Assembly: GCA_023957235.1 (NCBI GenBank) | Contig: JAMLHI010000002.1 | Span: forward strand, 13,836 to 77,835 | DNA length: 64,000 nucleotides | Source: Chitinophagales bacterium | GTDB taxonomy: Bacteria; Bacteroidota; Bacteroidia; Chitinophagales; JADIYW01 | Direction: 5' to 3' | Shown: piece after piece, positions 37,012-47,603 of the stretch | Layout: each line of letters opens with the position of its first letter | How positions within the stretch are numbered: the stretch's first letter is position 1 | Notes under the pieces: generated by a model | Told to the model about the DNA's origin: nothing | The model's input: the letters and a program-made list of their open reading frames with translations, nothing else | Database searches by the model: none | Position numbers and translations under genes: made by a program

Positions 37012-39159
37012 CTAAGATATTAATTCCAAAAATGTAGTTTCATCAATTATCTGAATTGTAGCAATTTTTTCAGCTTTAGTCAATTTTGAACCTGCTTTTT
37101 CTCCTGCGACAAGGTAATTCAAATTAGCACTCACGCCTGAAAGCACCTTTCCTCCATTTTTTTCAACTAGATTCTTCCCTTCATCTCTTGACAATGTAGG
37201 CATTGTACCAGTAAACAAAAACGTAAGTCCTTCAAGTTTTGAAGAATGTAAAACAATTTCTTCACTTTTAATATTGACACCCAAATTAGCAAGGTGATTT
37301 ATTAAATTGACATTTTCTTTATCCTGAAAGAACTCATACAAGCTGGTTGACACCTTTGGACCAATATCTTTTAACTCTAAATATTTTTCTTTTGACCAGT
37401 ACTCAAATTCGGTCAATATTGAGACCTCTCGAACCAGCATTTTTGCTGTAGTCACACCAATATGTCGAATTCCTAATCCAGTTAACAATCTCCATGACTC
37501 ATTTTGTTTAGACTTATCAATTCCATTTATTAAATTCTGAACAGATTTTTCTCTAAATCCTTCTAGCTCCAATATCTTACTGTGATCTAAATTGTAAATA
37601 TCTGCAATAGAATGAATAATTCCTTCTCTAATAAAAGTTCGAATAATCTCCTGCCCTAATCCTTGAATATCCATCGCATTAACAGAAGCAAAATGAATTA
37701 ACCTTTCCTCTATCTGAGCCGGACAATCTGGATAGATACAACGCCATACACTTTCCCCATCTGGCTTGACTAAATGATGATGGCAAGAAGGACACTCAAT
37801 TGGAAAAGACAAGTTGTGTTGAGTCCCATCTCTATTTTCTTTTCTGACACCCACTATATAAGGAATAACATCACCAGCTCTTTCGACAATTACTGTATCG
37901 CCCAACAATATCTCTTTCTCTTTGATGAAGTCTTCATTGTGTAATGAAATTGAGCTAATCTCAACACCCATCAATTGGATAGGGTCAATTTTAGCAACAG
38001 GAGTAACCGCTCCTGTTCTGCCTACCTGAAAATCAACCTTTCGAAGAATTGAAAAGGCTTGTCTTGCTTTGAACTTATATGCAATAGCCCACTTGGGATG
38101 ATGTGAAGTTTGGCCTATAAGAGATTGAAAAACTATGGAATTTGTTTTTATTACCATACCATCAATATCTATTGGATAGCTATCTCTCTTATCCTGCCAT
38201 GATAAACAATATTCTGAAATTGCATCTATATCGCTCAATATTATAATTGAATCAACTCCTGTTTGAAACTCTAGGTTTTGTAAAAATTGAATGTTTTCAG
38301 TGTGATAAGTTTTGAGAGACAGCGAAATATCTTTGCCATCCATATCTTCCACATAACCTAACTGATACAATATGGCTGAAAGTTTTCGGTTTTTCACTTC
38401 ATTGGCATCTTTTAATCTCAATGAGCCTGCAGCAGTGTTCCTCGGGTTTTTAAATAGCTCCAATTCCTTTTTACCTTGTTCTCGAAGGGATATATTATTA
38501 GCCAATCTTTCACGATTAAGCCAATCAAAATCTGGTAATGTTATCACTACCTCACCACGAATCTCGATTTTTCGAATCCCATATTGGCTGAAATTTGCAT
38601 AGTGTGGTATTCCTTTTATTTGTAAGGCATTCTCTGTAATATCATCACCTTCTAGTCCATTTCCTCTGGTAGCAGCTCTGACTAATCTATCATTTTCATA
38701 AACAATTGCAATACTCGACCCATCATACTTTAACTCAACAGCATAATCAACTTTAGATAAATGAGGCAAAGCATCTTTTACTCTCTTATCAAAACGCTTT
38801 AGGTCATCAACATTATAAGAATTTTCTAATGACATCATAGGAGCCAAATGTCTGACTGAAGCAAAATTTTCATTGAGTTCGCCTCCTATCTTTTGAGTTG
38901 GAGAATCTTCTGAAAAATATTGAGGATATTCATTCTCAAGAAAATTTAACTTTGCAAAAAGGTCATCATAAGTCTTATCTGAAACAATTCCAGCAGACTG
39001 ATTATAATACCAATCGTCATGCTCCCTAATCAAAGCTCTTAATTTTTGAATATAATTCACAATATCTTCAGTAGCATCTAAATTGTCAAATTGATGCAAA
39101 AGGCTATTTGTTCTATCTATCAATTTTTTTTCTTTATCAGAAGAATTAAACAAGTCCAT
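37012..39159 (-). CDS. ligA: NAD-dependent DNA ligase
   Basis: KxDG adenylation site (VELKYDGSSI), Zn finger CPSC....C..P.CPAQ, HhH and C-terminal BRCT (FLFTGTM...SRDE). Appears to carry a ~40-aa N-terminal extension. Confidence 0.95.
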   Translation of the reverse strand: MDLFNSSDKEKKLIDRTNSLLHQFDNLDATEDIVNYIQKLRALIREHDDWYYNQSAGIVSDKTYDDLFAKLNFLENEYPQYFSEDSPTQKIGGELNENFASVRHLAPMMSLENSYNVDDLKRFDKRVKDALPHLSKVDYAVELKYDGSSIAIVYENDRLVRAATRGNGLEGDDITENALQIKGIPHYANFSQYGIRKIEIRGEVVITLPDFDWLNRERLANNISLREQGKKELELFKNPRNTAAGSLRLKDANEVKNRKLSAILYQLGYVEDMDGKDISLSLKTYHTENIQFLQNLEFQTGVDSIIILSDIDAISEYCLSWQDKRDSYPIDIDGMVIKTNSIVFQSLIGQTSHHPKWAIAYKFKARQAFSILRKVDFQVGRTGAVTPVAKIDPIQLMGVEISSISLHNEDFIKEKEILLGDTVIVERAGDVIPYIVGVRKENRDGTQHNLSFPIECPSCHHHLVKPDGESVWRCIYPDCPAQIEERLIHFASVNAMDIQGLGQEIIRTFIREGIIHSIADIYNLDHSKILELEGFREKSVQNLINGIDKSKQNESWRLLTGLGIRHIGVTTAKMLVREVSILTEFEYWSKEKYLELKDIGPKVSTSLYEFFQDKENVNLINHLANLGVNIKSEEIVLHSSKLEGLTFLFTGTMPTLSRDEGKNLVEKNGGKVLSGVSANLNYLVAGEKAGSKLTKAEKIATIQIIDETTFLELIS

Positions 39160-39198
39160 TATGAAGGGTTTTTAAAATTAAGTTGAATTACGAATGTA

Positions 39199-39235
39199 TA
39201 AAAAAAGCTGCAAGAGAATGATTCTGATGCAGCTT
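39199..39235 (-). terminator. rho-independent terminator after glmS
   Basis: Minus strand reads AAGCTGCA-(15 nt)-TGCAGCTT followed by TTTTT. Confidence 0.65.
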
Positions 39236-39257
39236 AAACCTATAAATAATTTAAAAA

Positions 39258-41111
39258 TTATTCTACAGTAACACTCTTTGCCAAATTTCTTGGCTGATCT
39301 ACATTACAGCCTCTCATAACTGCAATATGATATGACAATAATTGCAAAGGAATAACAGTCAACAATGGAGTCAAAATTTCTATCGTTTCAGGTACTTCGA
39401 TTGTATAATTTGAAATTTTAGAAATTTCCTTATCTCCTTCTGTTACAATAGCTATCAAATTTCCTTTACGAGTTTTCACCTCTTCCACATTAGAAACAAC
39501 TTTCTCATAATGAGCTACATTAGGAGCTATCACCAATACAGGCATATTTTCATCTATCAAGGCAATAGGTCCATGCTTCATCTCAGCTGCAGGATATCCC
39601 TCCGCATGTATATATGATATCTCTTTCAGTTTCAATGCTCCTTCTAAAGCTACAGGGAAATTAAACCCTCTACCTAAATATAAAAAATTGCTAGATTCAG
39701 TGAAATCTTTAGCAATCTCTTTTATATCATCATTTTGCAATAAAATTTTCTCAATTTTTGAAGGAATAACATCAAATTCAGATATTAATTCATTCAATTT
39801 AGATTTAGATATTGTCCCTCTAATATCTGCGAGTTGCATAGCCATTAATGTCAAAATTGCAACTTGAGTTGTAAATGCTTTAGTAGAAGCAACACCAATT
39901 TCAGGACCAGCATGGGTATAAGAGCCAGCATCAGTCATCCTAGAGATAGCGGAACCTACAACATTACATATTCCATAAGTCAGTGCTCCTTTAGCTTTTG
40001 CAAGCTCTAATGCGGCTTTTGTATCAGCTGTCTCTCCAGACTGTGAAATTGCTACTACTATGTCACCTTCAGCAATAACAGGATTTCTATATCTAAATTC
40101 ACTGGCGTATTCTACCTCAACTGGTATCCTAGCCAACTCTTCAATTAAATATTCAGCAATTAATGCAGAATGCCAAGAAGTACCACAAGCAACAAAAATT
40201 AATCTTTTAGCTTCTTTGAAAGCATTTTTATATTCTTCAACGCCACCCAAAGAGATAGAATGCTTTTTCAGGTTTGTTCTTCCTCTAACACTGTCAAATA
40301 TAGCTCTTGGTTGTTCAAATATTTCTTTCAACATAAAATGCTCAAAACCACCTTTTTCAAGCTCTTCTAACTTATATTTTAATTCATCAACATAAGTTGG
40401 TTGTTCTGAATTATCAACTATTAATTTCAATTGTAATGGCTTACCTTTTTCCAATACAGCCATTTGACCATCTTCAATATAAGTTACTTTTCTAGTATGT
40501 TCCACTAGAGGAGAGCCATCAGAAGCTACATAGTATTCATTATTATCTTCACCGTAACCTATCACCATTGGGCTGCTCAATTTCGCTACAATTAACTTAT
40601 TAGGGTCATTTTTAGATAAGACAACAATGGCATAAGCACCAATAACTTCATTAAGTGCAATTCTCACACATTCTTCTAAAGGAAGTCCTGTCTTCGTTCT
40701 GACATCATCAAAAAGATGCACCAAAACTTCTGTATCAGTCTCAGAGTTAAAATGATAGCCTCTATTAAGAAGTTCAGATTTTAATGTATTATAATTTTCA
40801 ATTATACCATTATGAATAACAGCAATATCACCTGCAGTACAAAAATGAGGATGCGCATTTACATGATTAGCTTCTCCATGAGTAGCCCAACGTGTATGCC
40901 CTATTCCTACGTGACCTGATTTATTACTATGCTGAATAAAATCTTCAAGATTACTGACTTTCCCTTGTCTTTTGTAAATATTCAAATCTCCATCATCATC
41001 CAAAAGTGCTACTCCTGCACTATCATATCCACGATATTCCAACCTTTTAAGGCCATTTATTATTATAGGATATGCATCTTTATTTCCTATATAAGCGACT
41101 ATTCCACACAT
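39258..41111 (-). CDS. glmS: glutamine--fructose-6-phosphate aminotransferase
   Basis: MCGIVAY N-terminal nucleophile, two SIS domains, C-terminal ...DQPRNLAKSVTVE. Confidence 0.96.
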   Translation of the reverse strand: MCGIVAYIGNKDAYPIIINGLKRLEYRGYDSAGVALLDDDGDLNIYKRQGKVSNLEDFIQHSNKSGHVGIGHTRWATHGEANHVNAHPHFCTAGDIAVIHNGIIENYNTLKSELLNRGYHFNSETDTEVLVHLFDDVRTKTGLPLEECVRIALNEVIGAYAIVVLSKNDPNKLIVAKLSSPMVIGYGEDNNEYYVASDGSPLVEHTRKVTYIEDGQMAVLEKGKPLQLKLIVDNSEQPTYVDELKYKLEELEKGGFEHFMLKEIFEQPRAIFDSVRGRTNLKKHSISLGGVEEYKNAFKEAKRLIFVACGTSWHSALIAEYLIEELARIPVEVEYASEFRYRNPVIAEGDIVVAISQSGETADTKAALELAKAKGALTYGICNVVGSAISRMTDAGSYTHAGPEIGVASTKAFTTQVAILTLMAMQLADIRGTISKSKLNELISEFDVIPSKIEKILLQNDDIKEIAKDFTESSNFLYLGRGFNFPVALEGALKLKEISYIHAEGYPAAEMKHGPIALIDENMPVLVIAPNVAHYEKVVSNVEEVKTRKGNLIAIVTEGDKEISKISNYTIEVPETIEILTPLLTVIPLQLLSYHIAVMRGCNVDQPRNLAKSVTVE

Positions 41112-41141
41112 AATACTCTTAACGAAATTAAATTTGATTTA

Positions 41142-42509
41142 TTATTTAATTGTAGTGTACCACACTTTAAACTTCATTCTTTTCTCTGTATTAGCAAAAT
41201 TAGGTCCTCCAAAAATTAAACTTGCAGGTTCAATATGTTGACTTAATACTGAATTACTTCCGACAATAAATTTAGGAGTTAAGTCAAAAATCGGATAATT
41301 AGTTAGATATATACTTTTGAAATCACTTTTTCCTAACGCATAGTCTTTCATTAAGTTAGTAATATTGATCTGGTATTTGACTATTTTTTCTCCATTACTT
41401 CCTGTAACAGATGTATCCAATCTAGCTGGACCATAAAAAGCACTTGTATAATCTTTCAGAGCTACATTCTCTCCACTACTACCTTTCATAAGTGGATAGA
41501 TGCCAAATATTCTTTTATTATCAATTTGTGGAACTTCTACTTCTGAAACCTCAAGAACTGCTTTATTAATCAGTTTGCCTTTAAACTTTTCAATATCCAA
41601 AAACTCAACCTCAGTTTTAACACCTGCTTGAGATTGAATATAAAATTTATCATCTAAAGGATTAGTTCCACTTAGAACAGCATTCTCTACTACACTTCCC
41701 AAATAGTTATGAATGAGTGAAGTATGCATAAAATTCGAAGTTGAAAAAGGCAAAATTAATATCTGATCTTCTCCTTTCTTGTCAACAAGGTTAATATAAA
41801 TACCTCCTGTAAGGTGAGTCAAATCTAATTGAAGCATCGTTTTACCACTTTGAGAAGGGCGAGTTTGAATATATACTCCAGGATATCTCCTATTGAGCAA
41901 TGTATCATTTGTGATAAAACCATCATTCAATATTTGAACAATTCCCTGAGCATAAGTTTTATCTAATGCAAACTTTAAAAAACTTTTTGCTGTAATCGTA
42001 TCATTATCCCTCAACTTTTGAGGTGTATTAGGTTTGATTAAAAAATTCTCCAAAGCACCGAGTTCCTCAGATTTATAAGGGATGACCTCATTGGATTTGT
42101 ATATAACTGATGTATTAATATCGTTGGCTATCGCATGAACAGAAAAAGAAACTGGTGCAGTAGTGTCCCCTACAAAAGCATCATAAAAGACATACATATT
42201 GATATCTTTCAAAGTAAAAGGAGCTAAATCTTCACTCAACTTTGATGGCAGTCCAAATTGTATGGAAGTGCTTGCTGTAGTCGATCCAAAGATAGAATTT
42301 TCGGTATAACCCAAATAATTAAACAACAGTCTGTCTGTCCTTAGAGGGCTCTCATATTTAGAGGATACTTTCATATCAAAACTCTCGTCATACATTAAAT
42401 TCAGATGATTTTCTTGAGGCAATAAATTGCTACCAAACCCATCATCTTTTTTACACGAAACAAAAACTGCCACTACGGCAATAATCAAAGCAAATTTGAT
42501 CTCTCTCAT
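41142..42509 (-). CDS. DUF4270-family lipoprotein
   Basis: Lipobox FVSC, 455 aa. Sits in the conserved Bacteroidota position between the short glycogen synthase and glmS. Confidence 0.65.
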   Translation of the reverse strand: MREIKFALIIAVVAVFVSCKKDDGFGSNLLPQENHLNLMYDESFDMKVSSKYESPLRTDRLLFNYLGYTENSIFGSTTASTSIQFGLPSKLSEDLAPFTLKDINMYVFYDAFVGDTTAPVSFSVHAIANDINTSVIYKSNEVIPYKSEELGALENFLIKPNTPQKLRDNDTITAKSFLKFALDKTYAQGIVQILNDGFITNDTLLNRRYPGVYIQTRPSQSGKTMLQLDLTHLTGGIYINLVDKKGEDQILILPFSTSNFMHTSLIHNYLGSVVENAVLSGTNPLDDKFYIQSQAGVKTEVEFLDIEKFKGKLINKAVLEVSEVEVPQIDNKRIFGIYPLMKGSSGENVALKDYTSAFYGPARLDTSVTGSNGEKIVKYQINITNLMKDYALGKSDFKSIYLTNYPIFDLTPKFIVGSNSVLSQHIEPASLIFGGPNFANTEKRMKFKVWYTTIK

Positions 42510-42512
42510 AAA

Positions 42513-43325
42513 TTAATCAGCAAGTAATTTGTTGTAGTATTCTAAATATATTGGTGCTATATCAATATCTACAGCAACTTCAAGCATACATTTCCCATCT
42601 GCACATTCTTCTAATTGTGCTCTTTGTTGTCCGTCAGTCAAAGCCCATACTACTCCATCTGAATAAGTAACAGCAGACTTATTTAAACTCAGATGATTGA
42701 GATCTTCTAATTGTTCCATAGCATCATGAGGGATATCCTCTGAAATCTTTGCTTTAGTCAAAAAGGATTTGTCCAAAGTTTCGGAAAATTCTTCTCCATA
42801 AACACTGAATACAATCTTTGTTTGTGAAAACATAGGGTCTTTGGAATAAGCAGTCTTCATATACATTGGAATAAGACTTGTCATCCATCCATGGCAATGC
42901 ATAATGTCAGGTGCCCAGCCGAATTTTTTAACAGTTTCTAACACTCCTTTAGAAAAGAAAACCATTCTTTCAATATTATCATCAAAGAATTTGTCAGAAT
43001 CATCTCTAAAAACTTGTCTTCTTTTAAAGAAATCTTCATTATCTAAAAAATAAACTTGAATACGAGCTCCGGGGAATGACGCCACTTTTATAATCAAAGG
43101 ATGATCTCCTTCATCAATAATAATATTAATTCCAGACAATCTTACTACTTCATGCAATCTATTTCTTCTTTCATTAATCACTCCAAACCTTGGCATCAAC
43201 ACCCTGACTTCCAATCCATTATCATGCATATAAGGAGCTATCTTCTTTACAATATTTCCAATCTCTGTCAAGGCTAAATATGGGTCCATTTCTTGAGACA
43301 CCAACAACAATCTTTTTCTCTCCAT
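42513..43325 (-). CDS. short (270-aa) glycogen/starch synthase-family protein
   Basis: LLVSQEM.PY.........I......M...G.EVRV.MPRFG.INERR..LHEVVRLSG; WAPDIMHCHGWMTSL. N-terminal GT5 half only, as in Bacteroidota. Confidence 0.8.
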   Translation of the reverse strand: MERKRLLLVSQEMDPYLALTEIGNIVKKIAPYMHDNGLEVRVLMPRFGVINERRNRLHEVVRLSGINIIIDEGDHPLIIKVASFPGARIQVYFLDNEDFFKRRQVFRDDSDKFFDDNIERMVFFSKGVLETVKKFGWAPDIMHCHGWMTSLIPMYMKTAYSKDPMFSQTKIVFSVYGEEFSETLDKSFLTKAKISEDIPHDAMEQLEDLNHLSLNKSAVTYSDGVVWALTDGQQRAQLEECADGKCMLEVAVDIDIAPIYLEYYNKLLAD

Positions 43326-43445
43326 AATACAAGAAATCCTAATTTTTCTTTTTCAAGACAATTTAACGGTACAAAAATACGAAATTTATATCTTATATCA
43401 TAGATTAGCATCTTATTGTCTTAATCAATATAAAAGAATTGGACA

Positions 43446-44291
43446 TTGGAAATTATTTATACTAGAGAGGCTTTGACTCGTTTCAGAGAGAATTGTAAAA
43501 ATTTAAATAAAACAATAGGCTTTGTGCCGACTATGGGCGCTCTGCACATGGGTCATATAAGTTTAGTTCAACAAGCAAAAAAAAATGTGGACTATACCAT
43601 CGCTAGTATTTTTGTCAACCCCACACAGTTTAACAACAAAGAGGACTTCAATAATTACCCATTAACAATAGACCAAGATATAAAACTGCTTATACAATAT
43701 GGATGTGACGCTGTTTTTATTCCTTCTGTAGAAGAAATTTATGGACAAAAAGGCTATCATCCCTTTACGATACCATTAGGCAAATTAGGAAATATTTTTG
43801 AAGGAGAAAAAAGACCTGGACATTTTGATGGAGTGATAGAGATTCTATCCATTTTATTTCAATTATTAAAACCTGAACAGGTTTATATGGGACTTAAAGA
43901 TTATCAACAGGTGATGGTCGTAGAAAAATTATTAAAGCATATTGGGTTCCCAATTCAACTTATCAAATGTGCGACAATAAGAGATGAAGATGGATTGGCA
44001 GTGAGCTCCCGCAACAAAAGACTTAGCCCAAATGAGCGACAAATCGCTTTAAATCTATATAAAGCACTATCTGAAATCAAAGAAAATTATCAAAAATCAG
44101 AGATTTCGATATTAAAGAAAAGTTATTTTAATAGATTGAATAAAATAGAAGAAATTCAGGTGGAATATATTGATATTGTTGATAGTCAGACACTTAAACC
44201 TTTAAAGTCATGGAATCCTATTGGGAAAAACATTGTTTTAATTGCCGCTTTTGTAGGAAAAGTAAGACTAATAGATAATCTCTTATTTTAA
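43446..44291 (+). CDS. panC: pantoate--beta-alanine ligase
   Basis: GFVPTMGALHMGHISL, IFVNPTQF, RPGHFDGV, VSSRN. TTG start. Confidence 0.94.
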   Translation: MEIIYTREALTRFRENCKNLNKTIGFVPTMGALHMGHISLVQQAKKNVDYTIASIFVNPTQFNNKEDFNNYPLTIDQDIKLLIQYGCDAVFIPSVEEIYGQKGYHPFTIPLGKLGNIFEGEKRPGHFDGVIEILSILFQLLKPEQVYMGLKDYQQVMVVEKLLKHIGFPIQLIKCATIRDEDGLAVSSRNKRLSPNERQIALNLYKALSEIKENYQKSEISILKKSYFNRLNKIEEIQVEYIDIVDSQTLKPLKSWNPIGKNIVLIAAFVGKVRLIDNLLF

Positions 44292-44312
44292 AATTACTAT
44301 TTTTGTACTACG

Positions 44313-44663
44313 ATGTTTATACACGTATTCAAGTCAAAAATTCATAGGGCTACAGTTACAGAGGCTAATCTGAACTATGTAGGGAGCATTACCATAGATG
44401 CTAACTTGCTGGATGCTTCAGGAATTTTACCCAATGAAAAAGTTCAAATTGTTAACGTTAATAATGGTGAGCGATTTGAAACTTATGTTATAGAAGGAGA
44501 AAGAGGTTCGGGACAGATATGCCTAAATGGACCTGCTGCAAGAAGAGTCGCTGTCGGAGACAAAGTAATTATTATTGCATATGCATTAATGGACAATGAT
44601 GAAGCAAAGGCACACCAACCTAAAATGGTATTTCCTGACGACTCCAATCAATTGACTCATTAA
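44313..44663 (+). CDS. panD: aspartate 1-decarboxylase
   Basis: [23 protein letters not shown] (self-processing G-S site), [25 protein letters not shown]. Confidence 0.96.
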   Translation: MFIHVFKSKIHRATVTEANLNYVGSITIDANLLDASGILPNEKVQIVNVNNGERFETYVIEGERGSGQICLNGPAARRVAVGDKVIIIAYALMDNDEAKAHQPKMVFPDDSNQLTH

Positions 44664-44676
44664 TTTAGCTCTCGCC

Positions 44677-45678
44677 TTGAAAATCAAATTAGGAAATTTA
44701 ATACAACTTATTCTCTCATTAAGTTTAGGATTGGGACTAGTTTACTGGTTTGTAAATCAAATGACAGAAGAAGAAATTCAAGCTACGCTTCATTCTTTTG
44801 GCGAAGCCAATTATTTTTGGTTATTTATGTCATTAATAATAGGATTTGTATCTAATATTATCAGAGGTCAAAGATGGAGATTAATGCTTAGACCAGTAGG
44901 ATATAATCCAGGGTTTTGGAATACCTTTTTTTCAATCAATGTCATGTTTTTTGCTAATTTGTTTATTCCTAGATTAGGAGAAGTTACAAGATGTGGGATT
45001 TTAGCAAAATATGAAGAAGTGCCTGTAGAAAAATCTATTGGTACAATGGTAGTAGAAAGAGTGATAGATTTGATATGCCTATTGATATTATTGGGATTGT
45101 TGCTTTTATTTGAATATGATAAAATTTTAGGTTTATTACAAGATACCTTTAATAAAAAACCAGCAGAAGCAGATAGTGCAAATTTCTTGCTCAAATATGG
45201 ATTAATGAGTGCAATTATTATCGCTGTTATTGTGGGAGTGATATATATAATTAAAAAACACGGTTTAACACAGTTAAAAATTACTATTCGTACTAGATTA
45301 AAAGGCTTAATTGAAGGATTTACTTCAATCAGACACATGAAAGATTTCGGTCAATTTATTTTTATGACTATTGCAATGTGGATTGGATATATTTTGATGG
45401 CCTATTTAGCATTTTTCTCCCTATCAGAAACTTCACATCTAGGTTTTTTAACAGGAATGGGCTGTATGATATTTGGTGGTTTTGCAATGGTCGCTACACC
45501 CGGTGGCATAGGAACATACCCTTTGGCTGTCAGAGCGATACTAGTGCTATATGGAGTTAATGAAGTCATCGGAGGAGCATTAGGTACAATGTTGTGGGTA
45601 ACTCAAACATTGGGAGTATTTCTTTCAGGAATAATTAGTTTGATTTTATTAGCTTTAATCAATCCTTCTAAAAAATAA
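44677..45678 (+). CDS. flippase-like / lysylphosphatidylglycerol-synthase TM-region (UPF0104) family membrane protein
   Basis: Polytopic membrane protein. IRGQRWRLML.P.G motif. TTG start only. Confidence 0.75.
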   Translation: MKIKLGNLIQLILSLSLGLGLVYWFVNQMTEEEIQATLHSFGEANYFWLFMSLIIGFVSNIIRGQRWRLMLRPVGYNPGFWNTFFSINVMFFANLFIPRLGEVTRCGILAKYEEVPVEKSIGTMVVERVIDLICLLILLGLLLLFEYDKILGLLQDTFNKKPAEADSANFLLKYGLMSAIIIAVIVGVIYIIKKHGLTQLKITIRTRLKGLIEGFTSIRHMKDFGQFIFMTIAMWIGYILMAYLAFFSLSETSHLGFLTGMGCMIFGGFAMVATPGGIGTYPLAVRAILVLYGVNEVIGGALGTMLWVTQTLGVFLSGIISLILLALINPSKK

Positions 45679-45693
45679 GAGGATTTCCAACCC

Positions 45694-46188
45694 ATGCAAA
45701 TTAATTACCATAATAAAATATTAAAAAGTAATATCTCTGAAATATTCAAGCCTTTGAAATTACAAGGCAAAAAAATTGTTTTCACAAATGGCTGCTTTGA
45801 TATTTTACATAAAGGACATATCAAAACCTTATATGAAGCCAGAAGAATAGGTGATATTTTAGTTGTAGGGATAAATGATGATGTTTCTGTCAGAAGACTC
45901 AAGGGATTCACGCGCCCTATTTTACCATTGGACTCTAGAGTAGCCGTATTAGCATCTTTAGAATATGTAGATTATGTCATTCCATTTTCTGATGACACCC
46001 CATTAGAAATTATCAAACAAGTACGACCTAATGTACTAGTCAAAGGTGGAGATTATAGAGAAGATGAAATTGTAGGTCGAGAACTTGTCCTTAAACTAGG
46101 AGGATTTGTCAAAGTGATTGATAGCATACAGGGATATTCAACAACTGACATTATTAATAAAATTCAAAAACAGGTAAAAAATCCTTAA
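45694..46188 (+). CDS. cytidylyltransferase-fold D-glycero-beta-D-manno-heptose-1-phosphate adenylyltransferase-like (RfaE domain II)
   Basis: KIVFTNGCFDILHKGHI (HxGH), ...VVGINDD.SV.RLKG..RP......R..VL..L..VDYV..F..DTP. Confidence 0.85.
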   Translation: MQINYHNKILKSNISEIFKPLKLQGKKIVFTNGCFDILHKGHIKTLYEARRIGDILVVGINDDVSVRRLKGFTRPILPLDSRVAVLASLEYVDYVIPFSDDTPLEIIKQVRPNVLVKGGDYREDEIVGRELVLKLGGFVKVIDSIQGYSTTDIINKIQKQVKNP

Positions 46189-46221
46189 TTTAGCTACCAA
46201 TAAATCGAAAAAGGAAATATT

Positions 46222-47373
46222 ATGAACTTTCAATTCACAGAAGAACAACTAATGATTAGAGACATGGCGAGAAATTTTGCTCAAAATGTTTTAAAAAAAG
46301 AGGTAATTGAACGCGATAGAGATATGATTTATCCTACTAATGAAGTCAAACAAATGGCAGAATTAGGATTTTTAGGTATGATGGTAGATCCTAAATACAA
46401 TGGAGGAGGATTAGATACGACTTCTTATGTATTGGCAATGGAAGAACTATCCAAAGTTGATGCATCAGCTTCTGTCATAGTATCAGTCAATAACTCATTG
46501 GTTTGTTGGGGATTAGAAAAATATGGAACCGAGGCACAAAAAGAAAAATATTTAAAACGCCTAGCCTCTGGCGAATGCCTTGGGGCTTTTGCTCTGTCCG
46601 AACCAGAAGCTGGCTCTGATGCAACATCTCAAAGAACAACAGCAGAAGACAAAGGTGATTATTATCTTTTAAATGGTATTAAGAATTGGATTACCAATGG
46701 AGGCAAAGCTGAAATTTATTTAGTCATTGCACAAACTCATCCCGAAAAACGCCATAAAGGAATCAATGTACTCATTGTAGAACGAAATTCTCCAGGATTT
46801 GAAATTGGAGCTAAAGAAGACAAACTGGGCATACGAGCTTCAGACACTCACTCATTAATATTCACTGATGTCAAAGTTCCAAAAGAGAACAGAATTGGAG
46901 ATGATGGCTTTGGATTTACTTTTGCCATGAATACCTTGAATGGAGGAAGAATAGGTATAGCCGCACAAGCACTAGGTATCGCTTCTGGAGCATACGAATT
47001 GGCACTAGAATATTCAAAAGTTCGTAAAGCATTTGGAACTGAAATATGCAATCACCAAGCTATTCAATTCAAATTAGCTGATATGGCTACAGAAATAGAA
47101 GCTGCAAGACTATTAATACTTAAAGCAGCTTATCTTAAAGACCGAGGAGAAGATTATACGACTATGGCAGCTATGGCAAAATCTTTTGCATCTGATGTGG
47201 CAATGAAGACAACAATCGAAGCTGTTCAAATACATGGTGGATATGGATATGTCAAAGAATATCATGTAGAAAGATTAATGAGAGATGCAAAAATCACTCA
47301 GATATATGAAGGAACAACTGAAATACAAAAAATTGTTGTCAGTAGAAATCTATTAAAAGGTATTACAGTATAA
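46222..47373 (+). CDS. acyl-CoA dehydrogenase (short/butyryl-CoA type)
   Basis: 383 aa. GAFALSEPEAGSDA, NG.K.WITNG, QIHGGYGY..EY.VERL.RDAKITQIYEGT.EIQ. Confidence 0.93.
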   Translation: MNFQFTEEQLMIRDMARNFAQNVLKKEVIERDRDMIYPTNEVKQMAELGFLGMMVDPKYNGGGLDTTSYVLAMEELSKVDASASVIVSVNNSLVCWGLEKYGTEAQKEKYLKRLASGECLGAFALSEPEAGSDATSQRTTAEDKGDYYLLNGIKNWITNGGKAEIYLVIAQTHPEKRHKGINVLIVERNSPGFEIGAKEDKLGIRASDTHSLIFTDVKVPKENRIGDDGFGFTFAMNTLNGGRIGIAAQALGIASGAYELALEYSKVRKAFGTEICNHQAIQFKLADMATEIEAARLLILKAAYLKDRGEDYTTMAAMAKSFASDVAMKTTIEAVQIHGGYGYVKEYHVERLMRDAKITQIYEGTTEIQKIVVSRNLLKGITV

Positions 47374-47401
47374 GGATTCAAAATCCTTAATTAATTTTTA
47401 T

Positions 47402-47436
47402 AAGTAGGTTTTTCTTATCAAAAGCCTACTTTATAT
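47402..47436 (+). terminator. probable intrinsic terminator after the acyl-CoA dehydrogenase gene
   Basis: AAGTAGGTTTTT-cttatc-AAAAGCCTACTT, a 12-bp stem with one G-U pair, followed by TTATATT. A smaller TAAGGATT/AATCCTTA hairpin lies at 47371-47389. Confidence 0.5.
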
Positions 47437-47561
47437 TCGCTCGAGGATTACATTTTATAGTAGCGAAGACTTCTAAAATGAAATAACAATAGAAAAATCT
47501 TCATGCCATACATATTCAAGAAGAATCCACATCTCTATAGTATTTTACAACATAGTATTTA

Positions 47562-47603
47562 AAAATAAATTTAGAGTAACCTAATGTGTTATGTTACACT
47601 CTA
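47562..47603 (-). terminator. possible terminator after the 410-aa lipoprotein gene
   Basis: Minus strand reads TAGAGT(GT)AAC-...-GTTACTCTA then AATTTATTTTT. The hairpin overlaps the stop codon. Confidence 0.4.

Noticed and set aside
37012-39159. Insertion or intein in ligA (715 aa versus the usual ~670)
   Set aside because: The extra length is an N-terminal extension before the adenylation domain, not an internal insertion. All catalytic blocks are contiguous.
41112-41141. glmS ribozyme upstream of glmS
   Set aside because: Only 30 nt separate glmS from the upstream DUF4270 gene, so there is no room for the ~170-nt ribozyme. It is also not expected in this phylum.
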